This document shows, piece by piece, positions 49,034-58,592 of a stretch of DNA of 64,000 nucleotides; position 1 is the stretch's first letter; every line of letters starts with the position of its first letter. The notes below the pieces were generated by a model. The model worked only from the letters and a program-made list of their open reading frames with translations, was not told the origin of the DNA and made no database searches. The position numbers were made by a program, and so were the translations under genes. The DNA comes from Candidatus Bipolaricaulota bacterium (GTDB lineage Bacteria; Bipolaricaulota; Bipolaricaulia; UBA7950; UBA9294), in assembly GCA_040752575.1 (NCBI GenBank), contig JBFMGK010000067.1:1931-65930 (forward strand). Direction: 5' to 3'.

Positions 49034-49076
49034 CGTTGCCCTAGCTTAGCCGAGAGCAGCTGGAAAGGGAGGAGAG

Positions 49077-50150
49077 ATGAACCCACGTAGCTTGTTGCGG
49101 TGGGCAGTCCTTGTCGCGGTCGTGGCGTCGGCAGCGACAGCCTGCACGCTGTTCGGACCGGGAACGACCGCCGTCATCCAACTCAGCGCAACCAGCGGCA
49201 CCGTCCCCCTGACCATCACGTTTGACGGCACCGGCTCAACCGGGCGCGACGGAGTCAGCACGTACCAATGGGACTTCGGCGACGGCACCACCTCGTTGGA
49301 TGCTTCGGGGACCCAGACGTTCGAACACGCGGGGACGTTCACCGTCTCGCTCACGGTACGCGGCGAGGACGGGCGGACGGCCGCCGACAGCGCGACCGTC
49401 ACGGTCTCGCCCGCGTTCTGGGTGACGGACGAAAACCTCGACCAGGTCATGCGGCTCTCCCTCGACGGCCAACTCCTCGATACCTTCACCTTGCCGGCGA
49501 AAGAGCCGCGCGGCGTCGCGATCGCCACCGTAGAGGGGCTGTCAACGCTCATCGTCCCCTGCGCGAACGAAGGCTTCCAGCGCATTCTTTACCTGGACCC
49601 CGCGACAGGCGCACTGCGCAATCAGGAGGAGGCCCCAGCCCAGTCCCCGCTCGAGATTACGTATGGTGCGACGGGGCAGAAGATGCTCTGGCACGTCGAT
49701 GGGCTGTCTGGGATGATCTACCGGTTGAGCCCCGAGAGCGCGCAGGTCTACGACTCGTATGGGCAGTCCTACTTCAAGGCGACCTCGCCCGCCGTGCGCG
49801 ACGTCCCGTTCCTGTGGAAGCCCCAAGGGCTCGATTGGGTAGAACGCGTCAACACGCCCGGGTACTTGTGGTATCTCGAAGGTGAAACGCGAGTCCTCTG
49901 GAAGATTCGGATCATCGCCGGCTACGACATCCTTTCCAACACGCAGCTGGAGATCGAGGGCGACGGCGTCCCTCTGGACCCCGGGATCTTCCCGGTCACG
50001 GCGATCGACTTCTTCGATGGCAAGCTGTGGGCCGTCGATCCCGACCGTCACCGCATCGTCGAGCTCGATCCGGCGACGGGCGCGCTGACCGGGGCATCGA
50101 TCACGGGATTCCCGGGCTCCGCCCCAACGGGGCTCGAGATCCAGTTCTGA
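49077..50150 (+). CDS. PKD-domain lipoprotein
   Basis: GGGAGGAGAG RBS. Signal peptide with lipobox (ASAATAC). PKD signature WDFGDG. C-terminal beta-rich region. Confidence 0.7.
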   Translation: MNPRSLLRWAVLVAVVASAATACTLFGPGTTAVIQLSATSGTVPLTITFDGTGSTGRDGVSTYQWDFGDGTTSLDASGTQTFEHAGTFTVSLTVRGEDGRTAADSATVTVSPAFWVTDENLDQVMRLSLDGQLLDTFTLPAKEPRGVAIATVEGLSTLIVPCANEGFQRILYLDPATGALRNQEEAPAQSPLEITYGATGQKMLWHVDGLSGMIYRLSPESAQVYDSYGQSYFKATSPAVRDVPFLWKPQGLDWVERVNTPGYLWYLEGETRVLWKIRIIAGYDILSNTQLEIEGDGVPLDPGIFPVTAIDFFDGKLWAVDPDRHRIVELDPATGALTGASITGFPGSAPTGLEIQF

Positions 50151-50169
50151 TCGACAGGAGTCCGCGCAG

Positions 50170-50201
50170 CTTCTTCCGCGTCGTGTCAGACGCGGAAGAA
50201 G
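50170..50201. terminator. bidirectional hairpin between convergent PKD-lipoprotein and aminotransferase genes
   Basis: Perfect 13-bp stem CTTCTTCCGCGTC / GACGCGGAAGAAG with a 6-nt loop. The right arm overlaps the last codons of the minus-strand aminotransferase. Confidence 0.45.
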
Positions 50202-51397
50202 CGCCGGATCCCGTCGGCCACGGCAAGCTGTTCGTCTACGCGAAGTTCGGGGAACATGGGGAGAGACAGAACCTCGCGCGCCGCGCGCTCGGCCTGGGGG
50301 AAGTCGCCGGCCGCATACCCGAGCGACGCGAAGCACGCCTGTCGGTGAAGCGGACCCGGGTAGTAGATCATCGTGCCGATCCCCGACGTCTGCAGGGCCG
50401 CAGCGAGAGCATCGCGCCTTCCGTCGGTGACGCGGATCGTGTACTGATGGAACGTGTGCGTTCGATCCGGCGCCCTGTATGGAGTCTCGATCGCCGGGAT
50501 TCCGCCTAGCAGTTCGTCGTACCGCTGCGCGATCGCCTGGCGCGCTGTGGTCCACTCAACCAGGTGGCGGAGCTTCACGCTCAAGATGGCTGCCTGCATC
50601 GCATCGAGTCTCGAGTTCGTTCCGACCACGTGGTGCACGTATTTGGGCTTGGCCCCGTGAGCCCGCAGGAGACGCACCTTGTCCGCCAGCTGGTCGTCGC
50701 AAGTGGTGACCATCCCCGCGTCGCCGTACGCGCCGAGATTCTTGGTCGGGTAAAAGCTGAAGCATCCGAGCGCACCCGCGGAGCCCGCAAGGGTCCTGCA
50801 TTCACTTGCCGAGGAATCCGGCCCGCCACGGCGCCCCTCCGCATCGAGGCGAGGCCGCTCGGCCTGCCCGCTCGCCCAGGTGTACGCAGCTCCCACCGCT
50901 TGGGCGGCGTCTTCGACGACAGCCAGCCCGAACTCGGCGGACAGCGCTTGGACCCCTTCCATGTCCGCCATTTGGCCGAAAAGGTGAACCGGGATCAGCG
51001 CACGGAGAACGTGCGGCGAGGAAGCATGGGCCGCGATCACGTCGCGAGCCGAGGCGGGATCGAGGTTGAAGGTTCTCGCGTCGATGTCGCAGAACAAGGG
51101 CACAGCCCCCACATTGGTGACGACGCCGGCCGTCGCGAAGAACGTGAAGCTGGGCACCAAGACGGCATCGCCGGGTCCGATGCCAAGCGCCTTGAGCGAT
51201 AGGAGAAGGGCATCCGTGCCGCTGGCCAGTCCGATCGCGTGGCGCACGTCGCACGTGGAGGCCATGGCTTCTTCGAACTCCGCGACGCGGGAACCGAGGA
51301 TGAACTCCCCGGAGGCCAGGACCTCATGGATCGCCGCATCGATCTCCGGCCGAATCGCCTCGTACTGTCTACGAAGATCAAACACGGGAACGTTCAT
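50186..51397 (-). CDS. DegT/DnrJ/EryC1/StrS-family sugar aminotransferase (WbpE-like)
   Basis: Start at MNVPVFDL (ATGA overlap with the upstream gene). PLP-lysine context FSFYPTKNLGAYGD. Contains a ~25-aa insertion rich in G/R/S/A. Confidence 0.85.
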   Translation of the reverse strand: MNVPVFDLRRQYEAIRPEIDAAIHEVLASGEFILGSRVAEFEEAMASTCDVRHAIGLASGTDALLLSLKALGIGPGDAVLVPSFTFFATAGVVTNVGAVPLFCDIDARTFNLDPASARDVIAAHASSPHVLRALIPVHLFGQMADMEGVQALSAEFGLAVVEDAAQAVGAAYTWASGQAERPRLDAEGRRGGPDSSASECRTLAGSAGALGCFSFYPTKNLGAYGDAGMVTTCDDQLADKVRLLRAHGAKPKYVHHVVGTNSRLDAMQAAILSVKLRHLVEWTTARQAIAQRYDELLGGIPAIETPYRAPDRTHTFHQYTIRVTDGRRDALAAALQTSGIGTMIYYPGPLHRQACFASLGYAAGDFPQAERAAREVLSLPMFPELRVDEQLAVADGIRRFFRV

Positions 51398-51990
51398 GGG
51401 AGGGGCGCCTCTCGCGTCACGATGTCGTCTGCCTTGAAGTACATGCTGCCGCAACTCGCACAGGTCGCACGCCCCAAGTCAAAGGCGAGCGACTGACCAC
51501 ACTCGCAGATCCAGCCTCGCAAGCGGGCGGGATTGCCGTAGACCACGGCATGCGCAGGGACGTCTCTTGTTACGACGGATCCGGCGCCGACAAAGCAGTG
51601 CGCGCCCAAGGAGTGCCCGCAGACGATCGTCGAGTTCGCGCCGAGGGTCGCGCCACGGCCGACGAAGGTCCTGGAATACGCCGAGCGCGGCGTGGGAAAC
51701 GCCGAGCGCGGCCGATCGACGTTGGTGAACACGCAACTTGGGCCGCAGAAGACGTCGTCCTCGAGTTCGACGCCCTCGTATACCGAGACGTTGTTCTGGA
51801 TCTTCACGCGATCGCCAACTCGGACGTTGGGGCCGACGAGGACGTTCTGCCCCAAGACACAATCGCGCCCGACCACCGAGCCGGCCATCACGTGCGCGAA
51901 GTGCCAGACCTTGGTTCCCTCACCCAGTGTAGCGCCATCGTCGACGTACGCGGACTCATGGACGAACACCTTCTCTGGATCGACGCTCAC
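51394..51990 (-). CDS. hexapeptide-repeat (left-handed beta-helix) sugar N-acetyltransferase (WbpD/WxcM-like)
   Basis: 198 aa with repeated [LIV]G hexapeptide units. C-terminal Cys pairs CECG...CASCG. Confidence 0.8.
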   Translation of the reverse strand: MSVDPEKVFVHESAYVDDGATLGEGTKVWHFAHVMAGSVVGRDCVLGQNVLVGPNVRVGDRVKIQNNVSVYEGVELEDDVFCGPSCVFTNVDRPRSAFPTPRSAYSRTFVGRGATLGANSTIVCGHSLGAHCFVGAGSVVTRDVPAHAVVYGNPARLRGWICECGQSLAFDLGRATCASCGSMYFKADDIVTREAPLP

Positions 51991-53042
51991 ACTGCCTCCA
52001 TGCGTCCCACGGCAACCGGTCGTCCAACCTCCGACGAACGGTAGATCGCTTCGATCGCGGCAATGGACTCCGCCGCCGAAGCTGCAGTCACCGCTATCGG
52101 TTCCGTCTTCGTGATCAGGTGCGCGGCCACGTTCGCGTAGATCGACGCGTGGTTCGGTGGCGAGCCGACATAGGCTCCACCGTACTCGTTCGGCGCCGCT
52201 ACGATGAGGTTCTCAGGATGCGGACGTCCTTGCACGTTCCACAACGCAATCTCGTTGGCCGCCGGCCCGCCGAGAATCAGGCTCCCCGACTCGCCGAACA
52301 GCGAGACGCTCGCCTCGAGGTTCCGCTCGTAGACGTTGAGCGTGAATTCCAGCGTCCCCATCGCGCCGCTCGAGAAGACAAGACGCGCCACGGCCGCGTC
52401 CTCCGTCTCGATGCGGTGAGCCTGGGTTCGCGCGATCGCGCACACTTCCTCCAAGGGCCCGGCGAGCTGGATCAACAGGTCAATGTAGTGCACGCCCTGC
52501 GTGAGCAAGGAACCGCCCTCCCGAGCCTTGACCCCATGCCAGTTGCTCTGCCCGGAGAAGTAATCCTGTCGGCGATTCCAGCGCTGTGCGAGGCTCGCCA
52601 GCGTCAGACGACCGAGGGCCCCGCTGCGCACGGCGCTCATCGCCGCAGCGACCGACGGGTTGAATCGGACCTGCAAGACGACGAACAAGGACAAGCGCGC
52701 CGCGGCGAAGGCACGGTCGAGGTCCAGCGCGTCGCGGGCCGAGAGAGCAACCGGCTTTTCAACGACGGCGTGCTTGCCCGCGTCGAGGGCTGCGCGGGCC
52801 ATGGGGACATGCAGGTCGTTCGGCGTGCAGATCGCGACGACATCGATGTCCGATCGGGAGAGAACCGCGTCCAGGTCGGCGAACGCCGGAACGCCCTCTT
52901 GCTTCGCCCAGATCTGCCGCTTCGCGGCGTCGACGTCACACACCGCCCGCAGCTCGAGCCCCGCCGTTGCTCGAATCGCCTCGACGTGGCGCGGTGCGAT
53001 GTGTCCGCACCCGATGACCGCGACCCCAAGCGCAGGCTTCAT
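51987..53042 (-). CDS. Gfo/Idh/MocA-family oxidoreductase (WbpB-like UDP-sugar 3-dehydrogenase candidate)
   Basis: 351 aa. N-terminal Rossmann motif VIGCGHIA and conserved EKP motif. Confidence 0.85.
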   Translation of the reverse strand: MKPALGVAVIGCGHIAPRHVEAIRATAGLELRAVCDVDAAKRQIWAKQEGVPAFADLDAVLSRSDIDVVAICTPNDLHVPMARAALDAGKHAVVEKPVALSARDALDLDRAFAAARLSLFVVLQVRFNPSVAAAMSAVRSGALGRLTLASLAQRWNRRQDYFSGQSNWHGVKAREGGSLLTQGVHYIDLLIQLAGPLEEVCAIARTQAHRIETEDAAVARLVFSSGAMGTLEFTLNVYERNLEASVSLFGESGSLILGGPAANEIALWNVQGRPHPENLIVAAPNEYGGAYVGSPPNHASIYANVAAHLITKTEPIAVTAASAAESIAAIEAIYRSSEVGRPVAVGRMEAV

Positions 53043-54358
53043 CGCCCATCCCCCAGCCGATGCACATGGGGACCGGGCAGCCCGTTCGTCGCATTCCTTG
53101 TGTCGAAAACCAACGAGGAGCAGCGAACCACGCGCTCGTAGTCGACGCCACGGTGGTCGGTGAGGATGAGCACGAGATCGCTCTCCCGAAGGAGCCCGTC
53201 GTCGAGATCCCGCGACGCCGCCTCCCCGTCCTCGAGGCGAATCGACGCAACGTACGGATCGTGGTACGTAACGCGCGCTCCACGTCGCTTCAGCTCGGCC
53301 ATGACCTTGAGCGCCGGCGACTCTCGCACGTCGTCGATGTCGCGCTTGTAGGCCACCCCGAGGATGAGAATGCGGGATCCGCGCACGGGCTTCCCTGCGT
53401 CGTTGAGCAGAACCATGGACCGCTCGACGACGTGGTAGGGCATCTGGTCGTTGACCTCTCCGGCGAGCTCAATGAACCGCGTCGCGAAGTCGAACTCCTT
53501 GGCCTTCCACGACAGGTAGAACGGGTCAAGCGGGATGCAGTGTCCTCCGAGACCCGGACCGGGGTAAAACGCCATGAAACCGAACGGCTTCGTCTTCGCC
53601 GCCTCGATGACCTCCCACATATCGATCCCCATCCTCTCGCAGAGGAGGGCGAGTTCGTTGACGAGCGAGATGTTCACGATGCGGAAGGTGTTTTCGAGGA
53701 GCTTCGTCATCTCCGCCACGCGCGGGGAGGAGACTCGGAAGACCTGCCCTTCCAGAACCTCCTCGTACAAAGCCGCGGCCGCCTCGGTGCACAGGGGCGT
53801 GACGCCCCCGACGACCTTGGGCGTGTTCTTCGTTTTGTAGTGCGCATTCCCCGGGTCCACGCGCTCCGGGGAGAAAGCAACGAAGACGTCGCGGCCGACG
53901 ACCAGATCATGGGCTTCGACGCTTCTCTGGAGGATCTCCTCGGTCGTCCCCGGGTACGTCGTGCTCTCCAGGACAAGCAACTGCCCCGGATGGATGAAGG
54001 GGATGGACTTCTCGACAACGTAACGGATGTAGCTCGTGTCCGGCTGTTTGTTCTTGTCGAGCGGTGTAGGTACGCAGATCGAGACAACGTCGACCTCGGC
54101 AACCACGGAGAAGTCGTCCGTTGCGCGAAGCCGGCCCGCGCGGACGACTGCCGCGAGGTCGTCCGGCACGACGTCGCCGATGTAGTTCTCGCCGCGGTTC
54201 ACCTGCGCCACGCGCTGCGCATTCCGGTCGATGCCGATCACCGTGAAGCCGGCCTTCGCCTTCTCGACGGCCAACGGCAACCCCACGTAGCCGAGTCCGA
54301 TCACGGCAATGCGCGCCGACCGGCCGCGGATCTTGCCGAGCAGAGCCTTGTTTGCCAT
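53039..54358 (-). CDS. UDP-N-acetyl-D-glucosamine / mannosamine 6-dehydrogenase (WbpA/WecC-like nucleotide-sugar dehydrogenase)
   Basis: Start at MANKALLGKIRGR with GAGAGGTGGAG upstream. NAD motif VIGLGYVGLP. Catalytic Cys region GFMAFYPGPGLGGHCIP. Confidence 0.85.
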   Translation of the reverse strand: MANKALLGKIRGRSARIAVIGLGYVGLPLAVEKAKAGFTVIGIDRNAQRVAQVNRGENYIGDVVPDDLAAVVRAGRLRATDDFSVVAEVDVVSICVPTPLDKNKQPDTSYIRYVVEKSIPFIHPGQLLVLESTTYPGTTEEILQRSVEAHDLVVGRDVFVAFSPERVDPGNAHYKTKNTPKVVGGVTPLCTEAAAALYEEVLEGQVFRVSSPRVAEMTKLLENTFRIVNISLVNELALLCERMGIDMWEVIEAAKTKPFGFMAFYPGPGLGGHCIPLDPFYLSWKAKEFDFATRFIELAGEVNDQMPYHVVERSMVLLNDAGKPVRGSRILILGVAYKRDIDDVRESPALKVMAELKRRGARVTYHDPYVASIRLEDGEAASRDLDDGLLRESDLVLILTDHRGVDYERVVRCSSLVFDTRNATNGLPGPHVHRLGDGR

Positions 54359-54558
54359 CTCCACCTCTCGCGCCACGCCTGCTTCCCCTTGCGTTCCACG
54401 ATCGTACCTCACGACAGAGCACGAAACACGGCCTCGGGCAGGAACTGGGCGAGCTTAAGGGGCCTCACCTCCGGAGACGCCATCCCATCCCCAGCGGATC
54501 CCCCACGTCAACGATCAGGCGCCCCCTGCCGCAACCGACTCGGGTTGGGCGCGAGACC

Positions 54559-55860
54559 CTAGGAACCCGCATCCAGGGGCAGCCGCGGCGTGTGATCGAC
54601 GGGCGCGAGCTCCGGCAAGTCTCTCTCCGCCGCAGTCACGTCCTTGAGTCGCTTCGCCGCAGGAAGGAGTCGTGTCTCAAGCGACGCCACCGCCTTGTTG
54701 TACGACTCGACGCACTTGTCCAGGTGCCGGCCAACGTCGCCGATCGGCACGAGAACGTTGACCACACGGTCGTGCAGTTCTCTCCCCTGCTCGGCAATCG
54801 CCTGAGCGTTCTCGGCAACGTGCAGTTGATCCCAGCCGAAGGCGACGGTACGCAGGAGCGCGTACAGCGTGATGGGTGAGGCGAAGAGAACCTTCTGCTT
54901 GAGCCCATGCTCCAGCAGTTCGGGATCCTCCTCGAACGCGGCGGACAGGGCGGACTCCATGGGCACGAACATGACGACGAGCTGGGGGCTTTGCGCGCCG
55001 AACTGGTTCCAGTACTGCTTCTTCGCGAGTTCGTGGATGCGCGCGCGCGTCGCCTTCACGTGTTCTACCAGCTTCGCGCGACGCATGTCGCCCTCGAGCT
55101 GCATCGCCTCCAGATAGGAGGCCGCGGAGACCTTCGCGTCGACGGGCAGGATCCCGCCGCTCGGCATGCGGATGACCATGTCCGGCCTGCCCTCCTCGGT
55201 CGCAGCCTGCTCGTCGAAGTCGATGTGTTCCTCCATCCCCGCCAGTTCAGCGATCCGGCGAAGCTGCAGTTCGCCCCAGCGGCCTCGTGCGGTCGACGAC
55301 TTCATCGCCTGGGAGAGCGTCGTGGTCGTGCTCTGGAGCTGCGATTGCGCGGCGACCAGGCTCGCAACGTGCTGTTCGATCGAGCCGTAGGCTCTCTGAC
55401 GCTTCTCCTCCATCGCCTTGATCTCGCGGTCAAGCGTCTGGAGCGTTGTCTCAAGCGGCGCGACCAGGCCGCGGAGTTCCTCCCTCTGAGTTCCCCAGTC
55501 TGTCTTGACGGCGACCAGGAGCCCGGACAACTCGGCGCGCGACCGGTTGAGGAGTTCCTCGGCATTCGTCGTGAGGGCCTGCGCAGCGAGCGCCGTGAAG
55601 GTCTCGCGAAGCGTCTCCTGCGCGCGGTCGACCCACGCGACGCGGTCGCCGGCCGCCGAACGCTCCGCCTCGGATCGAGCCGCGGCGACTCGCAGTTTCT
55701 CGACCTCGCCCCGCAAGGGCTCAAGCTCGGCGGCGGCCGCGGACCGGCTTTCCAGTTCGGCCTCAAGACGGGCCGTGCGCGCCTGCGAGCGCGCCGCGGC
55801 CACGAAAGCCCCTGCCGTGGCGCCGATCACCAGCCCAAGAACGAGGAAGATCCAGTCCAT
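54559..55860 (-). CDS. rmuC: DNA recombination protein RmuC
   Basis: 433 aa. N-terminal TM, long coiled-coil and a conserved C-terminal RmuC region. Confidence 0.85.
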   Translation of the reverse strand: MDWIFLVLGLVIGATAGAFVAAARSQARTARLEAELESRSAAAAELEPLRGEVEKLRVAAARSEAERSAAGDRVAWVDRAQETLRETFTALAAQALTTNAEELLNRSRAELSGLLVAVKTDWGTQREELRGLVAPLETTLQTLDREIKAMEEKRQRAYGSIEQHVASLVAAQSQLQSTTTTLSQAMKSSTARGRWGELQLRRIAELAGMEEHIDFDEQAATEEGRPDMVIRMPSGGILPVDAKVSAASYLEAMQLEGDMRRAKLVEHVKATRARIHELAKKQYWNQFGAQSPQLVVMFVPMESALSAAFEEDPELLEHGLKQKVLFASPITLYALLRTVAFGWDQLHVAENAQAIAEQGRELHDRVVNVLVPIGDVGRHLDKCVESYNKAVASLETRLLPAAKRLKDVTAAERDLPELAPVDHTPRLPLDAGS

Positions 55861-55946
55861 TCCGCTCCCGAGAGCTGCCCAACGCTCTCTTCCGAGATCC
55901 TATCCCGACCGACGGGTCTAGCCAAGAAGGGAACGCCGGCCGCCCC

Positions 55947-57002
55947 TTAGTCGCTCCCGCGACTCTCCGCCGGGAAGTCCGCGCCGCCCTGCAGGTCGAT
56001 CTCGCCGGACTCTCCCGTCGTTCCACGGAGCACAAGCCCGCGAACGCCATCCACGCGAAGCAGAGCGTAGTCGGGATCCTCCGCGCCTCCCGGCCAATCG
56101 TCTCGCCACTCCTCGCGCCAGGCCCGTCGCGTGCGCGCGACGTCCGGCTCGAGGACGGCGCGGCCATGGAGCGAGGCGTAGTTGAACCTCTCGTTGTCGA
56201 CGAATAGGAGCGTTACTTGCGGGTGGGCTGCTACCTGCGCGACCTTCTGCGAACTTCGGGATGTGGGGAACCACAGCGTGGCTCCCTCGCGATCGACAAT
56301 CCTCATCGGCCGCGCGGTCGGGAAACCGTCCTCACCCAGGGTCACCAGCAAAGGAAACGTCATCGCATTGACCACGGCCCAGAAGGCCTCCGAGGCGCTC
56401 TCGCGGCTTTTCGGTGCCGGGTCCGGGGTCTGAATGATGTCGGCTCCGTCGATGGAGAACGAATGAACCACGCGGTCGACAAGCTCCGTGCGGACGAGGA
56501 GCACCGCCACGGCGGTCGACTGCAGAACCCGGCGAAGCGTCGCTGCATGCCCTCCACCGTCCAGTTCCCAGCGACCGATCTCGTCCACGACGACGACCTC
56601 CGCCTTGTCAAGGGCCCCTTGCAGTGCCCGGCGCGCGAACTCCAACCCGCTCTCTCGGACGAAGAAGCGACCCACGGGGATTCCCGGGGGAGAGGTGCGG
56701 GCGAAGGGCACGTCTTCGCCGCTCATCAGATCCAGCGCGTTGTACCCCGTGGTCTGCCCGCGATCGAGGAGGCGCGGCGCAAGCACCCCCCCGACCGGCG
56801 TTCCGTTCGCGCGGAGTTGCTGCACCAATCGCAGAGCGGCGGCCGTCTTCCCCGCCCCGATCTCCCCCGCGAGGATCACCGCGCGCCCGGGGCGCCGCCC
56901 CCGGTCGCCACGGAGTTGGTTCAGCACGGCAGCGTAGAGATCGGAGTCCAGGGCGTCTCTCCACGCGTTGCGGCGCTTCGGCGCGTGCGGCGAGGGATTC
57001 AA
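55947..57002 (-). CDS. fusion protein: THEP1/NTPase_1-like P-loop NTPase plus PNPOx-like FMN-binding split-barrel domain
   Basis: N-terminal domain with P-loop AGEIGAGKT and Walker B VVVDEIGRWE. C-terminal ~150 aa has the pyridoxamine-5'-phosphate-oxidase-like / general stress protein 26 pattern. ATGA overlap with the upstream PLP-enzyme gene. Confidence 0.6.
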   Translation of the reverse strand: MNPSPHAPKRRNAWRDALDSDLYAAVLNQLRGDRGRRPGRAVILAGEIGAGKTAAALRLVQQLRANGTPVGGVLAPRLLDRGQTTGYNALDLMSGEDVPFARTSPPGIPVGRFFVRESGLEFARRALQGALDKAEVVVVDEIGRWELDGGGHAATLRRVLQSTAVAVLLVRTELVDRVVHSFSIDGADIIQTPDPAPKSRESASEAFWAVVNAMTFPLLVTLGEDGFPTARPMRIVDREGATLWFPTSRSSQKVAQVAAHPQVTLLFVDNERFNYASLHGRAVLEPDVARTRRAWREEWRDDWPGGAEDPDYALLRVDGVRGLVLRGTTGESGEIDLQGGADFPAESRGSD

Positions 57003-58474
57003 CGCGAGAGCTCCTTCAGCAGGCCGACGTCATCGTTGAACGATGCGATGGCTTCGTCGATCGCCGGGACCATCTCGTGGATTCGCTCCCAGTAGCCGGG
57101 GAAATCGTTCCACTGAGCGTTGAGTTCTTCGACGGACCTCCCCATCTGCTCCACCCACGTGAAGTACTTCAGCTGATGGATCCGTCGGCGATCCGCCTGA
57201 CGGAGTTCCAGAACGTGGTCAGTGCCCTGCCCGCGCAGTCGGGCGTGGAAGTCGAGGACGGCATTGCGCTCCGCGTACGGTCCGTGCAAGGCGTCCAGCT
57301 CGGCGATACGCGTGCGATAGAGCTCCATCGAGTCGGTCATCACGGTGAGGACAATGTCGCCGGCTCCGAGTTCGTAGTACTTCGCGAACTTGATCGCGGA
57401 CAGAAGATTCGCAACGCTGGAGATGCCCAACAGGTCGAGTTGCTCAACCAGGGGTTCCGGGACGCCTTCGCGAACGAGGAATTGCCTTCCAAGAGGCTCG
57501 TTGAACAGGCGGAGGAGCGCCATCGCATCGTCATCGTCGATGGCCATGACCATGTCGGTGTTTCGCACGTTGTGGATCCAAGGAATATGCTTGTCTCCGA
57601 TTCCCTCGATACGGTGCGCGCCGAAGCCGTTCTCCAACAGCGTGGGACACTGCAGCGCTTCCGAGACGGCCAACTTGCTCGCCGGGAACCGCTGCTTCAG
57701 GAAGTCCCCGCAGCCGGTCGTTCCGGCCGATCCCGAGGTCAGGACGACGCCGGCGTAGCTGCCCCGATGCCCCTGCGCCTCGATAACGTCGGCCATGGCG
57801 TGGCCGGTCACGTCGTAGTGCCAAAGGTGGTTTCCCGGTTCGTCGAATTGGTTGAAGATGTAGACGTTCTCGCGCGTTGCCTGGAGTTCCTTGCACTTCT
57901 GGAAGATCTCCCAGACATTCGACTCGGATCCCGGCGTGGCGATGACTTCACCTGCAACCTGCGACAGCCACTCGAACCGCTCGCGCGACATCCCCTGCGG
58001 GAGGATGGCGATGGACTCGCAGGCCAACAGGTTCGCGTCGTAGGCTCCGCCGCGGCAGTAGTTTCCCGTCGAGGGCCAGACGGCCTTGTGGAAGGTCGGG
58101 TCGAACTGACCGGTGACGAGCCTTGGAACCAAGCAGCCAAACGTAGCGCCCACTTTGTGCGCTCCCGTGGGGAACCACTTTCCGACGAGCGCGATGATCC
58201 GCGCAGGCACCCCCGTAAGCTCCTCCGGGAACTCGAGGGTATTGACGCCGCCGAATCCGCCGCCTCGCTGGACGGGCTCGTTCTTCCACGTGATGCGGAA
58301 CAGGTTCAGCGGATGGAGATCCCACAGGCCGATGGCGGCGAGACGCTCGACGATGGCGGGGGGAATCTGCGCCGGTTCCTTCATCTGCGCGAACGTGGGG
58401 ATGATGATCCCCCTCTCGCGCGCCCGTCGAACGGCCCGCTCCCTTGGTTCACGTCGCACCTCTAGATCGATCAT
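56999..58474 (-). CDS. fold-type II (TrpB-like) PLP-dependent enzyme
   Basis: Start at MIDLEVRREP with GAGGGAGG 6 nt upstream. TrpB-type lysine motif PTGAHK. Glycine-rich phosphate loop TSGSAGTTG. ~490 aa with N- and C-terminal extensions beyond a minimal TrpB/CysK core. Confidence 0.65.
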   Translation of the reverse strand: MIDLEVRREPRERAVRRARERGIIIPTFAQMKEPAQIPPAIVERLAAIGLWDLHPLNLFRITWKNEPVQRGGGFGGVNTLEFPEELTGVPARIIALVGKWFPTGAHKVGATFGCLVPRLVTGQFDPTFHKAVWPSTGNYCRGGAYDANLLACESIAILPQGMSRERFEWLSQVAGEVIATPGSESNVWEIFQKCKELQATRENVYIFNQFDEPGNHLWHYDVTGHAMADVIEAQGHRGSYAGVVLTSGSAGTTGCGDFLKQRFPASKLAVSEALQCPTLLENGFGAHRIEGIGDKHIPWIHNVRNTDMVMAIDDDDAMALLRLFNEPLGRQFLVREGVPEPLVEQLDLLGISSVANLLSAIKFAKYYELGAGDIVLTVMTDSMELYRTRIAELDALHGPYAERNAVLDFHARLRGQGTDHVLELRQADRRRIHQLKYFTWVEQMGRSVEELNAQWNDFPGYWERIHEMVPAIDEAIASFNDDVGLLKELSR

Positions 58475-58486
58475 CCCTTGCCTCCC

Positions 58487-58508
58487 TCGCAGCTTCGGCC
58501 CGCCTGCG
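58487..58508. promoter_or_regulatory. palindrome CGCAG-N11-CTGCG in divergent intergenic region
   Basis: Lies between the divergently transcribed PLP-enzyme and hydantoinase genes. Its GCAG...CTGC half-sites resemble the repeats upstream of arcC. Confidence 0.3.
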
Positions 58509-58592
58509 TCAACACACATTGAGGCCGCTCGACGTTCATGCTATCATGCAGTCAGACCGGTTCGCAAGACGGCCAAGGGAAGGGAACGGAAC

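Noticed and set aside
58113-58592. N-terminal extension of the hydantoinase ORF
   Set aside because: The extension runs antisense through the PLP-enzyme gene. A GTG start with a good RBS at 58593 gives a full-length dihydropyrimidinase-family protein.
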